A DNA stretch of 50,259 bases from Candidatus Parcubacteria bacterium (GCA_034666125.1 JAXDML010000010.1:1-50259), one strand, 5' to 3'. Shown: positions 1-9,249, numbered from the stretch's first letter. Translations and numbers: made by a program. Notes: generated from the sequence alone by a model not told the origin.

Positions 1-5
1 TAGAT

Positions 6-57
6 AAACGCGAAAAGGCGCCATTATCCAGAAGGATAATGGCGCCTTTTCGCGTTT
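6..57. terminator. Long perfect inverted repeat, probably a bidirectional intrinsic terminator
   Basis: 24-bp perfect stem AAACGCGAAAAGGCGCCATTATCC / GGATAATGGCGCCTTTTCGCGTTT with AGAA loop and A/T-rich ends. Confidence 0.7.
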
Positions 58-166
58 TCTGCCTATCCACAGAGGCTCATCCGTCTTTACCCTGGCTTGC
101 TACACTTAAGTCAAGCAGCGATCGAGCTGCGGCGCTTACCCAAATAACAACGTTAGTTAAACGTAT

Positions 167-847
167 ATGTTCATAAACACTTGGGCGGATGTGCTGACCC
201 AGTCCTTCTACGGACTCTTCTACGGGACGGTTGCGTTCCTTCCGAACCTCATCGTAGCGCTGGTGGTATTCATCATCGGCTGGCTCATCGGTGCAGGGCT
301 CGGACGGCTCGTGGCACAGGTCGTCACCGCGGCCCGCGTGGACGATGCGCTCCGTTCCGCAGGGGTGGAGACCTTCGTCGAGCGCGCGGGACTCCGGATG
401 AATGCCGGCGTCTTCCTCGGTACGCTCGTGAAGTGGTTCTTCATCGTCGTCTTCCTGGTTGCCGCACTCGACGTGCTCCACCTTACGGAAGTGACCATCT
501 TCCTCCGCACGGTCGTTCTGGCGTACCTGCCGAACGTCATCGTCGCCGTCCTCATCCTTCTGGTGGCGGCCGTCCTCGCGGACGTGGTACAGAGGGTGGT
601 TGCGGGATCCGCGGCCGCGGCGAACCTTCGCTCGGCCAACCTCCTGGGCTCGCTCGCTCGCTGGGCGATCTGGATCTTCGCCATCCTCGCGGCGCTGAAC
701 CAGCTGCAGATCGCGAACGACTTCATCCAGCCGCTCTTCACCGGCCTGGTCGTCGCGCTCGCGCTTGCCTTCGGCCTGTCCTTCGGCCTTGGCGGCCAGC
801 AGGCGGCCTCGCGCGTCATCGAACGGATGCACGAGCAGACCCGTTAA
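167..847 (+). CDS. Membrane protein with TM-helix repeats (MscS N-terminal/CmpX-like)
   Basis: 226 aa, highly hydrophobic; repeated FLPNLIVA / YLPNVIVA motif and C-terminal AFGLSFGLGG typical of this family. Confidence 0.75.
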   Translation: MFINTWADVLTQSFYGLFYGTVAFLPNLIVALVVFIIGWLIGAGLGRLVAQVVTAARVDDALRSAGVETFVERAGLRMNAGVFLGTLVKWFFIVVFLVAALDVLHLTEVTIFLRTVVLAYLPNVIVAVLILLVAAVLADVVQRVVAGSAAAANLRSANLLGSLARWAIWIFAILAALNQLQIANDFIQPLFTGLVVALALAFGLSFGLGGQQAASRVIERMHEQTR

Positions 848-864
848 CCGGTTCGGTTCGATCG

Positions 865-899
865 AACGAAAAAGCCGCGCGGAGCGCGGCTTTTTCGTT
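865..899 (+). terminator. Intrinsic terminator
   Basis: AACGAAAAAGCCGCGC-GGA-GCGCGGCTTTTTCGTT right after the stop at 847. Confidence 0.8.
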
Positions 900-926
900 G
901 CATGAAGCCGTCCGATCTGACGGTAT

Positions 927-955
927 TTGACAGGCTTTTTGGGTACCTATATACT
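927..955 (+). promoter_or_regulatory. Sigma70 promoter of the 23S-5S unit
   Basis: TTGACA (927-932), 17-nt spacer, TATACT (950-955). Confidence 0.85.
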
Positions 956-1412
956 CCATATACGTGTTAACAGCAGCCCAAAACCACGTACTACGGAGCG
1001 GATAGGTCGCAAGGCCTTTGCATGCGAATGCGCCGCCCCGGAAGGGGTGTTTTTAATTCAGGGCTGCCGCGAACCACGTGCACCTTGAAAACTGAATACG
1101 TAAGGTAATCAACGAGCTTCTACGAAAGTAGGAGTGAAATTGATATTGCAATCACAGAAAATTAAGTTAAGTGGTATTCAGGTTTCCGCACTGGAAACTG
1201 AAGGGTGCACGGTGGATGCCTTGGCTTATGCATGCGATGAAGGACGTGACTAATCTGCGAAATGCTTCGGGGAGGCGATATGTAGCCTGCGATCCGGAGG
1301 TGTCCGAATGGGGAAACCCGGCCAGTAATGGTCATCTTGCCCGTATGTGGCAAGAAGCGAACCTGGGGAAGTGAAACATCTCAGTACCCTGAGGAATAGA
1401 AAGCAATAGAGT

Positions 1413-1456
1413 GTTGCCTTCCGTCTGTTCGATCACTCGAACGGATGGAAGGCAAC
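1413..1456 (+). other. Hairpin insertion (expansion/IVS-like) in 23S domain I
   Basis: 20-bp stem GTTGCCTTCCGTCTGTTCGA-TCAC-TCGAACGGATGGAAGGCAAC inserted between the conserved AAAGCAA and GCGATTCCC blocks. Confidence 0.7.
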
Positions 1457-1461
1457 TCCCG

Positions 1462-1493
<32 letters not shown>

Positions 1494-1730
1494 GAAGCCC
1501 AAACCTCTTTCTTCGGAAAGGGGGGTTGTAAGGTAGGAGCTCCGTACTTGTACGGCAAGAGTTACAAAGGATGTCTATAGCGGAAGTTGCTGGGAAGCAA
1601 CGCCACAGAGGGTAATGGCCCCGTACGCGAAATACACATCTCTCTTGTGCTCCTATTCTTGAGTAGTTCGAGACACGAATAGCTCGAATGAATCTGCCGG
1701 AACTAACCGGTAAGGCTAAATAATGCATAG

Positions 1731-1776
<46 letters not shown>

Positions 1777-2459
1777 GAGAGGGGAGTGAAATAGAACTGA
1801 AACCGTGTACTTACAAAGGGTTAAGGGGGGCGTTCGCGTCCTTCTTAGCGTGCCTATTGAAGAATGAGCCTGCGAGTGTATGTATGTTGCCCATGGCTAA
1901 GTCCGTTACGGGACGGAGCCGCAGGGAAACCGAGTGTGAATAGCGCGTTAGTAGCATACATACGACCCGAAGCCAAGTGAGCTTGCCATGGGCAGGTTGA
2001 AGTGTGTCGAAAGACACATGGAGGACCGAACCCGTAGATCGTACAACGTCTTGGGATGACCTGTGGCAAGGAGTGAAAAGCTAATCGAACTTGGTAATAG
2101 CTGGTTCTCTCCGAAACAGCTTTTGGGCTGGCGTCGTGTGATCCCTCCGGGGGTAGAGCACTGGAAGGGACAAATAGGGGGAAACCTCGTTGTTCCTATC
2201 AAACTCCGAATACCGAGAGGTTACAGCACGGCAGTTAGACGGTGGGGGCGAAGCTCCACTCGTCGAAGGGGGAAGAGCCCTAGATCGCCAGTTAAGGTCC
2301 CTAAATTAACGCTCAGTACAACTTAAGGAAGTGAGGATCCTTTGACAATGAGGATGTTGGCTTAGAAGCAGCCACCATTTAAAGAAAGCGTAACAGCTCA
2401 CTCATCGAGGGTCCTTGCGCCGAAGATAATCGGGGTTAAGCGTTATACCGAAACTGCGG

Positions 2460-2517
2460 GCTTGCATATTGCATGGTGCGCGCGATTTATTTCGTGTGCA
2501 CCATGCAGTGTGCAAGC
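2460..2517 (+). other. Long hairpin at 23S helix 45 (IVS-like)
   Basis: About 26-bp stem GCTTGCATATTGCATGGTGCGCGCGA / TCGTGTGCACCATGCAGTGTGCAAGC between CCGAAACTGCGG and GGTAGGAGAGCG. Confidence 0.7.
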
Positions 2518-3248
2518 GGTAGGAGAGCGTTCGCATCCGCGATGAAGCCAAAGGGGTGACCCATGGTGGAGCGTTGCGAAGTGAGAATGCAGGCACAAGT
2601 AACCACAATGCGGGTGAGAACCCCGCACGTCGAAAGAACAAGGTTTCCTCAGCTATGATGATCAACTGAGGGTTAGTCGGGCCTAAGGGGATGGCGAAAG
2701 CCGCACCCGATGGACACATGGTTAATATTCCATGACCGATCATGTATGCGATGGAGTGACGGATTGTTGTACCTGCTGCCCATTATTGGATTTGGGTCCG
2801 TGAGTGAGAAGGTCTTCTAGGCAAATCCGGAAGACATTAACTTCGAGCAGAGCGGCAATGTTCTCCCACGGGGGAGCAGAGAGCAGGGAGCACGGTTCCA
2901 AGAAAAACTTCTAAGCTTCAGTACATGACGACCGTACCGGAAACCGACACAGGTGTTCAGGTCGAGTAGACTAAGACGAACGAGTGAGAGGTCCTCAAGG
3001 AACTCGGCAAAAAAGCGGCCGTAAGTTAGCGATAAGGCCTGCCCCCAGCAATGGGGGCCGCAGCGAAAGATTTTCTGCCAACTGTTTACCAAAAACACAG
3101 CTCCCTGCGAACTCGTAAGAGGATGTATAGGGGGTGACGCCTGACCAATGCCGGAAGGTCAAGCACGGAAGGTGATATGTCTTCGGACGTGTTGCTGGAT
3201 CGTATAAGCCCCGGTGAATGTCGGCGATAACTATAATCGTCCTAAGGT

Positions 3249-3443
3249 TCCGTATCTGAGCGATCGGGTACGGAACGGATTGGGACGATTATAGGAGACC
3301 GTAAACAGTTCTGAGAAGATTGCGTCATAAATAGCTACCTCTTTCGACCGAAAGGTTGATTGAATCCGCGACTCAAATGAGAGGCCATACGTCGCGCCCC
3401 TAGCAATAGGGTGAAGATATGGTCCTACTGTGAGGAATAGTAG
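3249..3443 (+). ncRNA. Group I-type intron at 23S position 1931 (E. coli numbering), 195 nt, ORF-less
   Basis: Interrupts CCTAAGGT^AGCGTAATTCC; 5' exon ends in U and intron ends in G; P7 GAGGCCA/TGGTCC, J8/7 GAAGATA, and P3, P8, P9 are recognisable. Confidence 0.85.
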
Positions 3444-4104
3444 AGCGTAATTCCTTGTCTGGTAAGTTCAGACGTGCACGAATGGCGTAATGAGTGGAAA
3501 ACTGTCTCGAGGACTCGCTCGGTGAAAATGCAATACCGGTGAAGATGCCGGTTACCCGTAGTTAGACGAAAAGACCCCAGGAGCTTTACTACAGCTTGAT
3601 ATTGGGGCTGTGTGATTCATGCGTAGCATAGGTGGGAGGCTTTGAAGCAGATCTTTCGGGGTTTGTGGAGCCGCCAGTGAAATACCACTCTTGAATTGTG
3701 CAGTCTCTAACCCGGTTAAGAACTAATCGGGAACAGTGTCTGGCAGGTAGTTTTAGTGGGGCGCTATCCTCCTAAAAAGTAACGGAGGAGTCTATTAAGG
3801 TCCGCTAGGCGCGAATGGAAACCGTGCCGATAGTGTAATGGCATAAGCGGGCTTAACTGCAAGGGGTACATCCCGCGCAGATGCGAAAGCAGAGCATAGT
3901 GAACCGATGGTCCGCCTTAGATGCGGCCAGAGATTAACGGATATAAGTTACCCTGGGGATAACAGGCTAGTTCCGCCCAAGCGTCCATAGCGACGGCGGA
4001 GTTCGGCACCTCGATGTCGGCTCACCTTAGCGCGGGGCTGGAGAAGGTCCCAAGCGTTTGGCTGTTCGCCAATTAAAAAGGTACGCGAGCTGGGTTCAAA
4101 CCGT

Positions 4105-4410
4105 GAGGGAATTGACTAGCAATAGTTGATTCTCTCACCGTTTGAATCCCTTCGAGATTTCTGTTGTCAGAACTTGAAAAAGTGCGAAGTGAATGTCTTT
4201 TCGTCTTGAAATTAAGATAGAACCAACCACGACACGGCGGTCATGCGCAGGAATGTGTATGAACAAACTGACTCATATCGGTAGAACCCTACTCATTGCG
4301 AGGGGCGATACCGAGGGAAACCGAAAGGTGCCCGTAGAGACTGAATGTCAGTCATCGAGAACCGATGAAGTTACAGTCCGATCCCCCGAGTAACCGGGGC
4401 AAACGAAATG
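4105..4410 (+). ncRNA. Group I intron at 23S position 2593, 306 nt, ORF-less
   Basis: Interrupts TTCAAACCGT^CGTGAGACAG; ends in G; P3 ACTGAC/GTCAGT, P4 TCGGTA/TACCGA, P6, P7 GAGACTG/CAGTCC, P8 and P9 present. Confidence 0.92.
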
Positions 4411-4787
4411 CGTGAGACAGGTTGGTCTCCTATCTACTACGGGCGTTGATTCTTGATGAGTGTTGCCCCTAGTACGAGAGGACCGGGGTGAACTGACCTC
4501 TGGTCTACCAGCTGTTGTGCCAACAGCACCGCTGGGTAGCTATGTCGGGACGGGATAACTGCTGAAAGCATATAAGCGGGAAGCCCACTCAAAGATTAGG
4601 AATCGTTATGAGACACCTAGCAGACTACTAGGTTGATAGGCTCTAGATGTACGCACAGCAATGTGTTCAGTCGAGGAGTACTAATATGTCCAATGTTCCC
4701 AGTGCGGAATTCTGTATGTCACTGACTTAAGATAGTGTTTGCATATACCTTACGTATTCAATTTTCCGGAAATAAACGCGCCCGGAA

Positions 4788-4897
4788 CGCTGGTGATTCA
4801 TCGGAGGGGCCATACCCGTTCCCATTCCGAACACGGCAGTCAAGCCCTCTTGAGCCGATGGTACTCCGAAAGGGGGAGAGTAGGTTGTCGCCAGCGT
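4788..4897 (+). rRNA. rrf: 5S rRNA (ends approximate)
   Basis: CCCGTTCCCATTCCGAACACGG and GAGAGTAGG...GCCAG motifs; helix I CTGGTG/CGCCAG. Confidence 0.95.
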
Positions 4898-4928
4898 TCC
4901 GGGCGTGTTTTTGTATACTTATCCCATC

Positions 4929-6167
4929 ATGATCGGCTTTCGCAGTGAATTCAGCCAATTCACCACACGGCTCGCCCCTGGCGTACGCCGTCTTTTCCGG
5001 TCGAATACCGTGCAGATGCTTTCGGGTACGTTAGCGGATGTTTTCGTAGGCGCTTTCATTTGGCAGGTCACCAATTCCTTGATCTCGGTCGCCGTCTTTT
5101 ACCTCGCGCAATTCGTTCTGCAGCCTCTGGTATTCGGTCTTAACGGCCTTCTCTTACGGCATGTTCATATTAAGCGTCTCTTCTTCCTTGGATCATTGCT
5201 CGCCGGGTTAGCCGTTCTTGTCGTGTTGCTGTCCGCGATATCGAACCACTTGGCGATGTTCGTGTTTCTTGGCTTCCTGCGAGCCGTCGGTCATGGACTC
5301 TATTGGCCGAATAGGAATTACCTGGAGCTTCAAGAAGTCCCTGACGATTCGAGGAACTATTACTTCGGCCTCATACACTCGCTTTCGTGCGTTATGAGCA
5401 TTATCGTCCCATTCGTCGCGGGGTGGTTCATCGTGTTCGGGCCGTATACGGGCTGGTATGCCACGATTCACGCGTATTGGCTCATCTTCGTCCTGTCATT
5501 CCTGCTCATGTTTGCGGTCGGACGCATCGTACTCGCGGGGCCCTATGAAAGCCCGTCGCCTAGATTGATAACGCGTTTCAGCGCAGGACCGTTCCTGAAC
5601 AAGCGCCGGGCGCTTGTGTTCATCATGGGCATGTTGAACGGCCTGAACTTTATCGTGCCTGTCCTGGTACTTATGCTGCTCGGCAATGAAGGGACGCTTG
5701 GTACGCTTACTTCGATCGCCGCTCTCGTTACAGCGGTCGGCATGTATGCGTACGGGCGCTTTGTCGGTAAAGGGCGCCGCCTGCAATTGGCGCTTTTTTC
5801 GAGCGCGGCGTTTCTCGGGTGCGCCGCCCTCCTTTTCGCGCTGCCTAGCCCGCTTAACGTGCTGATATACGTGCTACTTGCCAAAACGGCTTCGGACTTC
5901 CTGTTTATAGGCATCGAAGCAGCTTCGCTTGCGTACTCGGACGCCGAAATGAGAGGAGAAGGGCCGGCACGTTACTCTTTTATCTTTGATAATGAGCTGG
6001 CACTCAATACAGGTCGCGTGTGCAGTATCGTTCTCATCGTACTTCTTGCTTTCCTTACCTCAGAGTTGTTTTCCGTGATATACGGACCCCTGATAATTGG
6101 TGCCCTCCAGTTCATTTTGCTCGTTCTTGCGCTTCGCATGAGGGATTACACGATTCCCGTTACCTAA
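4929..6167 (+). CDS. MFS-type transporter
   Basis: About 12 hydrophobic segments; ATG 4929 preferred over the upstream TTG, with TATACT at 4914-4919. Confidence 0.7.
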   Translation: MIGFRSEFSQFTTRLAPGVRRLFRSNTVQMLSGTLADVFVGAFIWQVTNSLISVAVFYLAQFVLQPLVFGLNGLLLRHVHIKRLFFLGSLLAGLAVLVVLLSAISNHLAMFVFLGFLRAVGHGLYWPNRNYLELQEVPDDSRNYYFGLIHSLSCVMSIIVPFVAGWFIVFGPYTGWYATIHAYWLIFVLSFLLMFAVGRIVLAGPYESPSPRLITRFSAGPFLNKRRALVFIMGMLNGLNFIVPVLVLMLLGNEGTLGTLTSIAALVTAVGMYAYGRFVGKGRRLQLALFSSAAFLGCAALLFALPSPLNVLIYVLLAKTASDFLFIGIEAASLAYSDAEMRGEGPARYSFIFDNELALNTGRVCSIVLIVLLAFLTSELFSVIYGPLIIGALQFILLVLALRMRDYTIPVT

Positions 6168-6191
6168 TAGGGAATACCGTATAATAAGCCA

Positions 6192-6965
6192 ATGTCATGG
6201 GCAGGAGAAAGGCGGGCGATCATTATCATCATCGCGGGAGCGATCCTGCTCGGAGCGCTCGTTACGCTCGGCTTCAGCATCTTCTATAAGACCCCCACGT
6301 GCACCGACAAGAGGCAGAACCAGGACGAGCAGGGCGTCGATTGCGGCGGCTCGTGCACCACACTCTGCGCGTTCCAGGTCGACGACGCTCCGGTCGTCGG
6401 TTTCGTCCGCGCGCTCACGCCACAGCCGGGACGCACCGACGTCGTCGCGTCCGTACAGAACCGGAACAGCGACGCCGAGTCGGCCGACACCCCGTTCCTC
6501 CTCGAGGTATACGGCACCGAGCGCCAGCTCATCGCGAGCAAGACGATACTGGTCGATCTGCCGCCGTTGAGCAGCGTGCCAGTCTATGTCCCGGACGTAG
6601 CGCCCCGCGGGAGCGTCGCCGCGCAGGCGTTCCTCGCGCCCGTCAGCGACTCGATCGTCTGGCGGCGCGTTTCCGGGGAGAAGCCCGCGCTGCCGACCGT
6701 AGATCGGGTATCGATCGTAGGCGGCGAAGCGCCGCGCATCACGGCGACGCTCGTCAACGCGTTCGCGCGCCCGGTATATGACACGACTCTCGTCGCGATC
6801 GTCCGCGACGCGTCCGGGAACGTCATCGCCGCTTCCCAGACGTTAGTAGCCACACTGCCCTCGCAGGGAACGGCTCCCTTGGTATTCACCTGGAACGTGC
6901 CTTTTAGCGACCCGTCCCCGCGCGTCGAGATACTGCCCGTGCCCGAACTTTCCCGTGCGCCATGA
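6192..6965 (+). CDS. Membrane-anchored hypothetical protein with CxDxxQNxxExGVDCGGxC motif and Ig-like C-terminal domains
   Basis: N-terminal TM segment, CTDKRQNQDEQGVDCGGSC, beta-rich repeats; 4-nt overlap with rodA. Confidence 0.7.
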   Translation: MSWAGERRAIIIIIAGAILLGALVTLGFSIFYKTPTCTDKRQNQDEQGVDCGGSCTTLCAFQVDDAPVVGFVRALTPQPGRTDVVASVQNRNSDAESADTPFLLEVYGTERQLIASKTILVDLPPLSSVPVYVPDVAPRGSVAAQAFLAPVSDSIVWRRVSGEKPALPTVDRVSIVGGEAPRITATLVNAFARPVYDTTLVAIVRDASGNVIAASQTLVATLPSQGTAPLVFTWNVPFSDPSPRVEILPVPELSRAP

Positions 6966-8098
6966 GCGAGATCGTACGTACTCACTCCCTAAAATCCGTT
7001 CTGGCGACGTGGCCCCTCCTGGCGCTCGGCGTCGGAATCTCGCTACTCGGCGTCCTCACGATCCATCCGTTCGACGGCTCGGCGTCGCTCGCGCCCCGGC
7101 AGCTCATATTCGTCGCGATCGGCGTCATCGCGTACGTCGCGGTCGCGATAACGGATATGCGGTTCATCCGGAGGACGCCTGTCATCATCGCGAGCTATGT
7201 CGGGGTCGTCGGACTCCTTTGCCTCGTCCTGCTCGTCGGAGATGTCGTCCAGGGCGCGAAAAGCTGGTTCGATTTCGGCTTCTTCTCCTTCCAGCCGTCG
7301 GATCTCGCGAAGCTCATCGTCATCGCGCTCCTGGCGAAGTATTTCTCGCGAAGGCACATGGAGATCGGCTACATCCACCACATCATCATCTCGGGGGTGT
7401 ACGTAGCCGCCATCGTGCTTCTGGTCCTCGTGCAGCCGGACCTCGGCACCGCCGCGATACTGCTCGCGGTATGGTTCGGCATGGTGCTGGTGTCGGGCAT
7501 CTCGAAGAAGCACCTCGCGACGGTGTTCCTGATCGGACTGGTCGCCGCAGCCGGACTCTGGTTCTTCGGGCTCCACGACTATCAGCGCACGCGCATCCTC
7601 GCCTTCGTGAACCCGGCGGGCGACATCCGCGGCAGCGGGTATAACGCGTACCAGGCGACGGTCGCCGCGGGCAGCGGGCAGGTACTGGGCAAGGGGATCG
7701 GGTACGGGACGCAATCGAAACTACGTTTCCTCCCCGAGTACGAGACGGACTTCATCTTCGCGGCCTTCGCCGAGGAGTGGGGGTTCGTCGGCGTTACACT
7801 CCTACTGGCGCTGTACGGCCTGCTGCTCTACCAGCTGCTCAGGGTCTCGCGCCTCGCGGCGACGAACTTCGATGCGCTGTTCGCCATCGGCGTCGCCATA
7901 CTCTTCACCGCGCATATCGGCATCCACGCCGGCATCAACCTGGGACTCCTGCCGGTCACGGGCACGACGATACCGTTCATGAGCTCGGGCGGCTCGCACG
8001 TGCTCATCGAATTCATCGCGCTCGGCATCGTCGCCTCGCTGTCGCAACAAGGGAGGAGCGTACCGAGGGATGCGTCGCAGCAGGAGTACGAAGGCTAG
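6962..8098 (+). CDS. rodA: Rod shape-determining SEDS protein RodA (FtsW/RodA family)
   Basis: GAKSWF, FQPSDLAK, QPDLGT, FLPEYETDFIF, LLPVTGTTIPFMSSGGS motifs. Confidence 0.9.
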   Translation: MSEIVRTHSLKSVLATWPLLALGVGISLLGVLTIHPFDGSASLAPRQLIFVAIGVIAYVAVAITDMRFIRRTPVIIASYVGVVGLLCLVLLVGDVVQGAKSWFDFGFFSFQPSDLAKLIVIALLAKYFSRRHMEIGYIHHIIISGVYVAAIVLLVLVQPDLGTAAILLAVWFGMVLVSGISKKHLATVFLIGLVAAAGLWFFGLHDYQRTRILAFVNPAGDIRGSGYNAYQATVAAGSGQVLGKGIGYGTQSKLRFLPEYETDFIFAAFAEEWGFVGVTLLLALYGLLLYQLLRVSRLAATNFDALFAIGVAILFTAHIGIHAGINLGLLPVTGTTIPFMSSGGSHVLIEFIALGIVASLSQQGRSVPRDASQQEYEG

Positions 8099-9249
8099 TA
8101 CAAGGCGAAGGTTTTCGTAAGCATCTCCTCTTCGGAGAATTGCTCGCTGACGGTGCGCTGGAGAGCCGTTCCGAAGGCACGCGCCTCTTCGGGATTCTTG
8201 AGAAGACGGGCGACCGAGCCGGCGAGCGCGTCTGAGTCATTCGGAGCCGTAAGTAGGCCGTTCTTTTCATGCCCGATGATTTCCGGGATGCCGCCTACGT
8301 TACTCGCGACGACGGGAAGCGACGCGTGACCCGCTTCGAGGAGCGCGAGCGGGAGGCCCTCCTTGCGCGAGGGCATGAGGAAGATATCGGCGGCGGAAAG
8401 ATACTGCCGCGCGTCCGGAATGAAGCCGAGCATGAATACGCGGTCCTGTACGCCGAGTTCGCGCGCCTGCCGCAACAATGCTTCACGCTCTTCTCCTTCG
8501 CCAAGCACGACGAGCGCGTCGTCCGGATACGTATTGGAAAGCTTCGCGAGTGCGGCGATCGCGATGTCGATGCCCTTGTTCGCATGCAGTTCCGTCGGCA
8601 TGACCAGCCACGGCACGGTTTCGGAAAGGGTGGGCGCTTTCCTGATAAGTTCCTGGCGCGCCTTCACGCGCGGAAGGAGCGCGAACGGCGCGATACCAAG
8701 ATGCACGACGCTGATCCTGTGCCGGAGGAATAGCGCGGGAGCGGTCATGCGGTCGCAGTCGGAAACGGCGATGACCGAGTGGGAAAGGAGCACGGTCGCC
8801 CACGAGCTAAGTCGGATAAGCATCCTTGCGAAGATGCCGCGCGATTCCCGGTGCGCCCATCCATGCACGGTGAATACGATGCGTTTTACGCGCGCGATCC
8901 GCCCCGCAAACGCGCCGATCCCTCCCGCCTTGGAACTGCTGAGATGAAGGATGTCCGGCCGTTCGCGGCGGATGATCGCAAGGAGTTCTCGGAACGCGCG
9001 CAGTTCCTGCGCAATCGAGATATCGCGGGCGAATGACGCAACGGGAACCGCGCGTATCCCGATGCCGGCAAGCCGCTGCGCAAGCAGGCCCCCATCGGCT
9101 CCGCGCTTGCCGGTACCGCCAAAGGCGACCGCGACGTCGGCGCCCTGCTCATGCGCGAGCTTCGCGAGAGTATAAACATAGCTCTGGGCGCCGCCCCAGT
9201 TGGATTTGGTGATGACGAAGAGGACCTTCTTGTCCGTGAGAGTGCTCAT
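8095..9249 (-). CDS. Glycosyltransferase family 4
   Basis: ITKSNWGGAQ, TVHGW, KGID, PSRKEGLPLALLEA; start taken at ATG 9249. Confidence 0.9.
   Translation of the reverse strand: MSTLTDKKVLFVITKSNWGGAQSYVYTLAKLAHEQGADVAVAFGGTGKRGADGGLLAQRLAGIGIRAVPVASFARDISIAQELRAFRELLAIIRRERPDILHLSSSKAGGIGAFAGRIARVKRIVFTVHGWAHRESRGIFARMLIRLSSWATVLLSHSVIAVSDCDRMTAPALFLRHRISVVHLGIAPFALLPRVKARQELIRKAPTLSETVPWLVMPTELHANKGIDIAIAALAKLSNTYPDDALVVLGEGEEREALLRQARELGVQDRVFMLGFIPDARQYLSAADIFLMPSRKEGLPLALLEAGHASLPVVASNVGGIPEIIGHEKNGLLTAPNDSDALAGSVARLLKNPEEARAFGTALQRTVSEQFSEEEMLTKTFALY

Noticed and set aside
3311-3360. Hammerhead ribozyme in intron 1 (CTGAGAA...CGAAA)
   Set aside because: Core does not match CUGAnGA and the three stems could not be built
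4193-4393. 66-aa ORF inside the L2593 intron as a homing endonuclease
   Set aside because: No LAGLIDADG, GIY-YIG or HNH motif; it overlaps the ribozyme core
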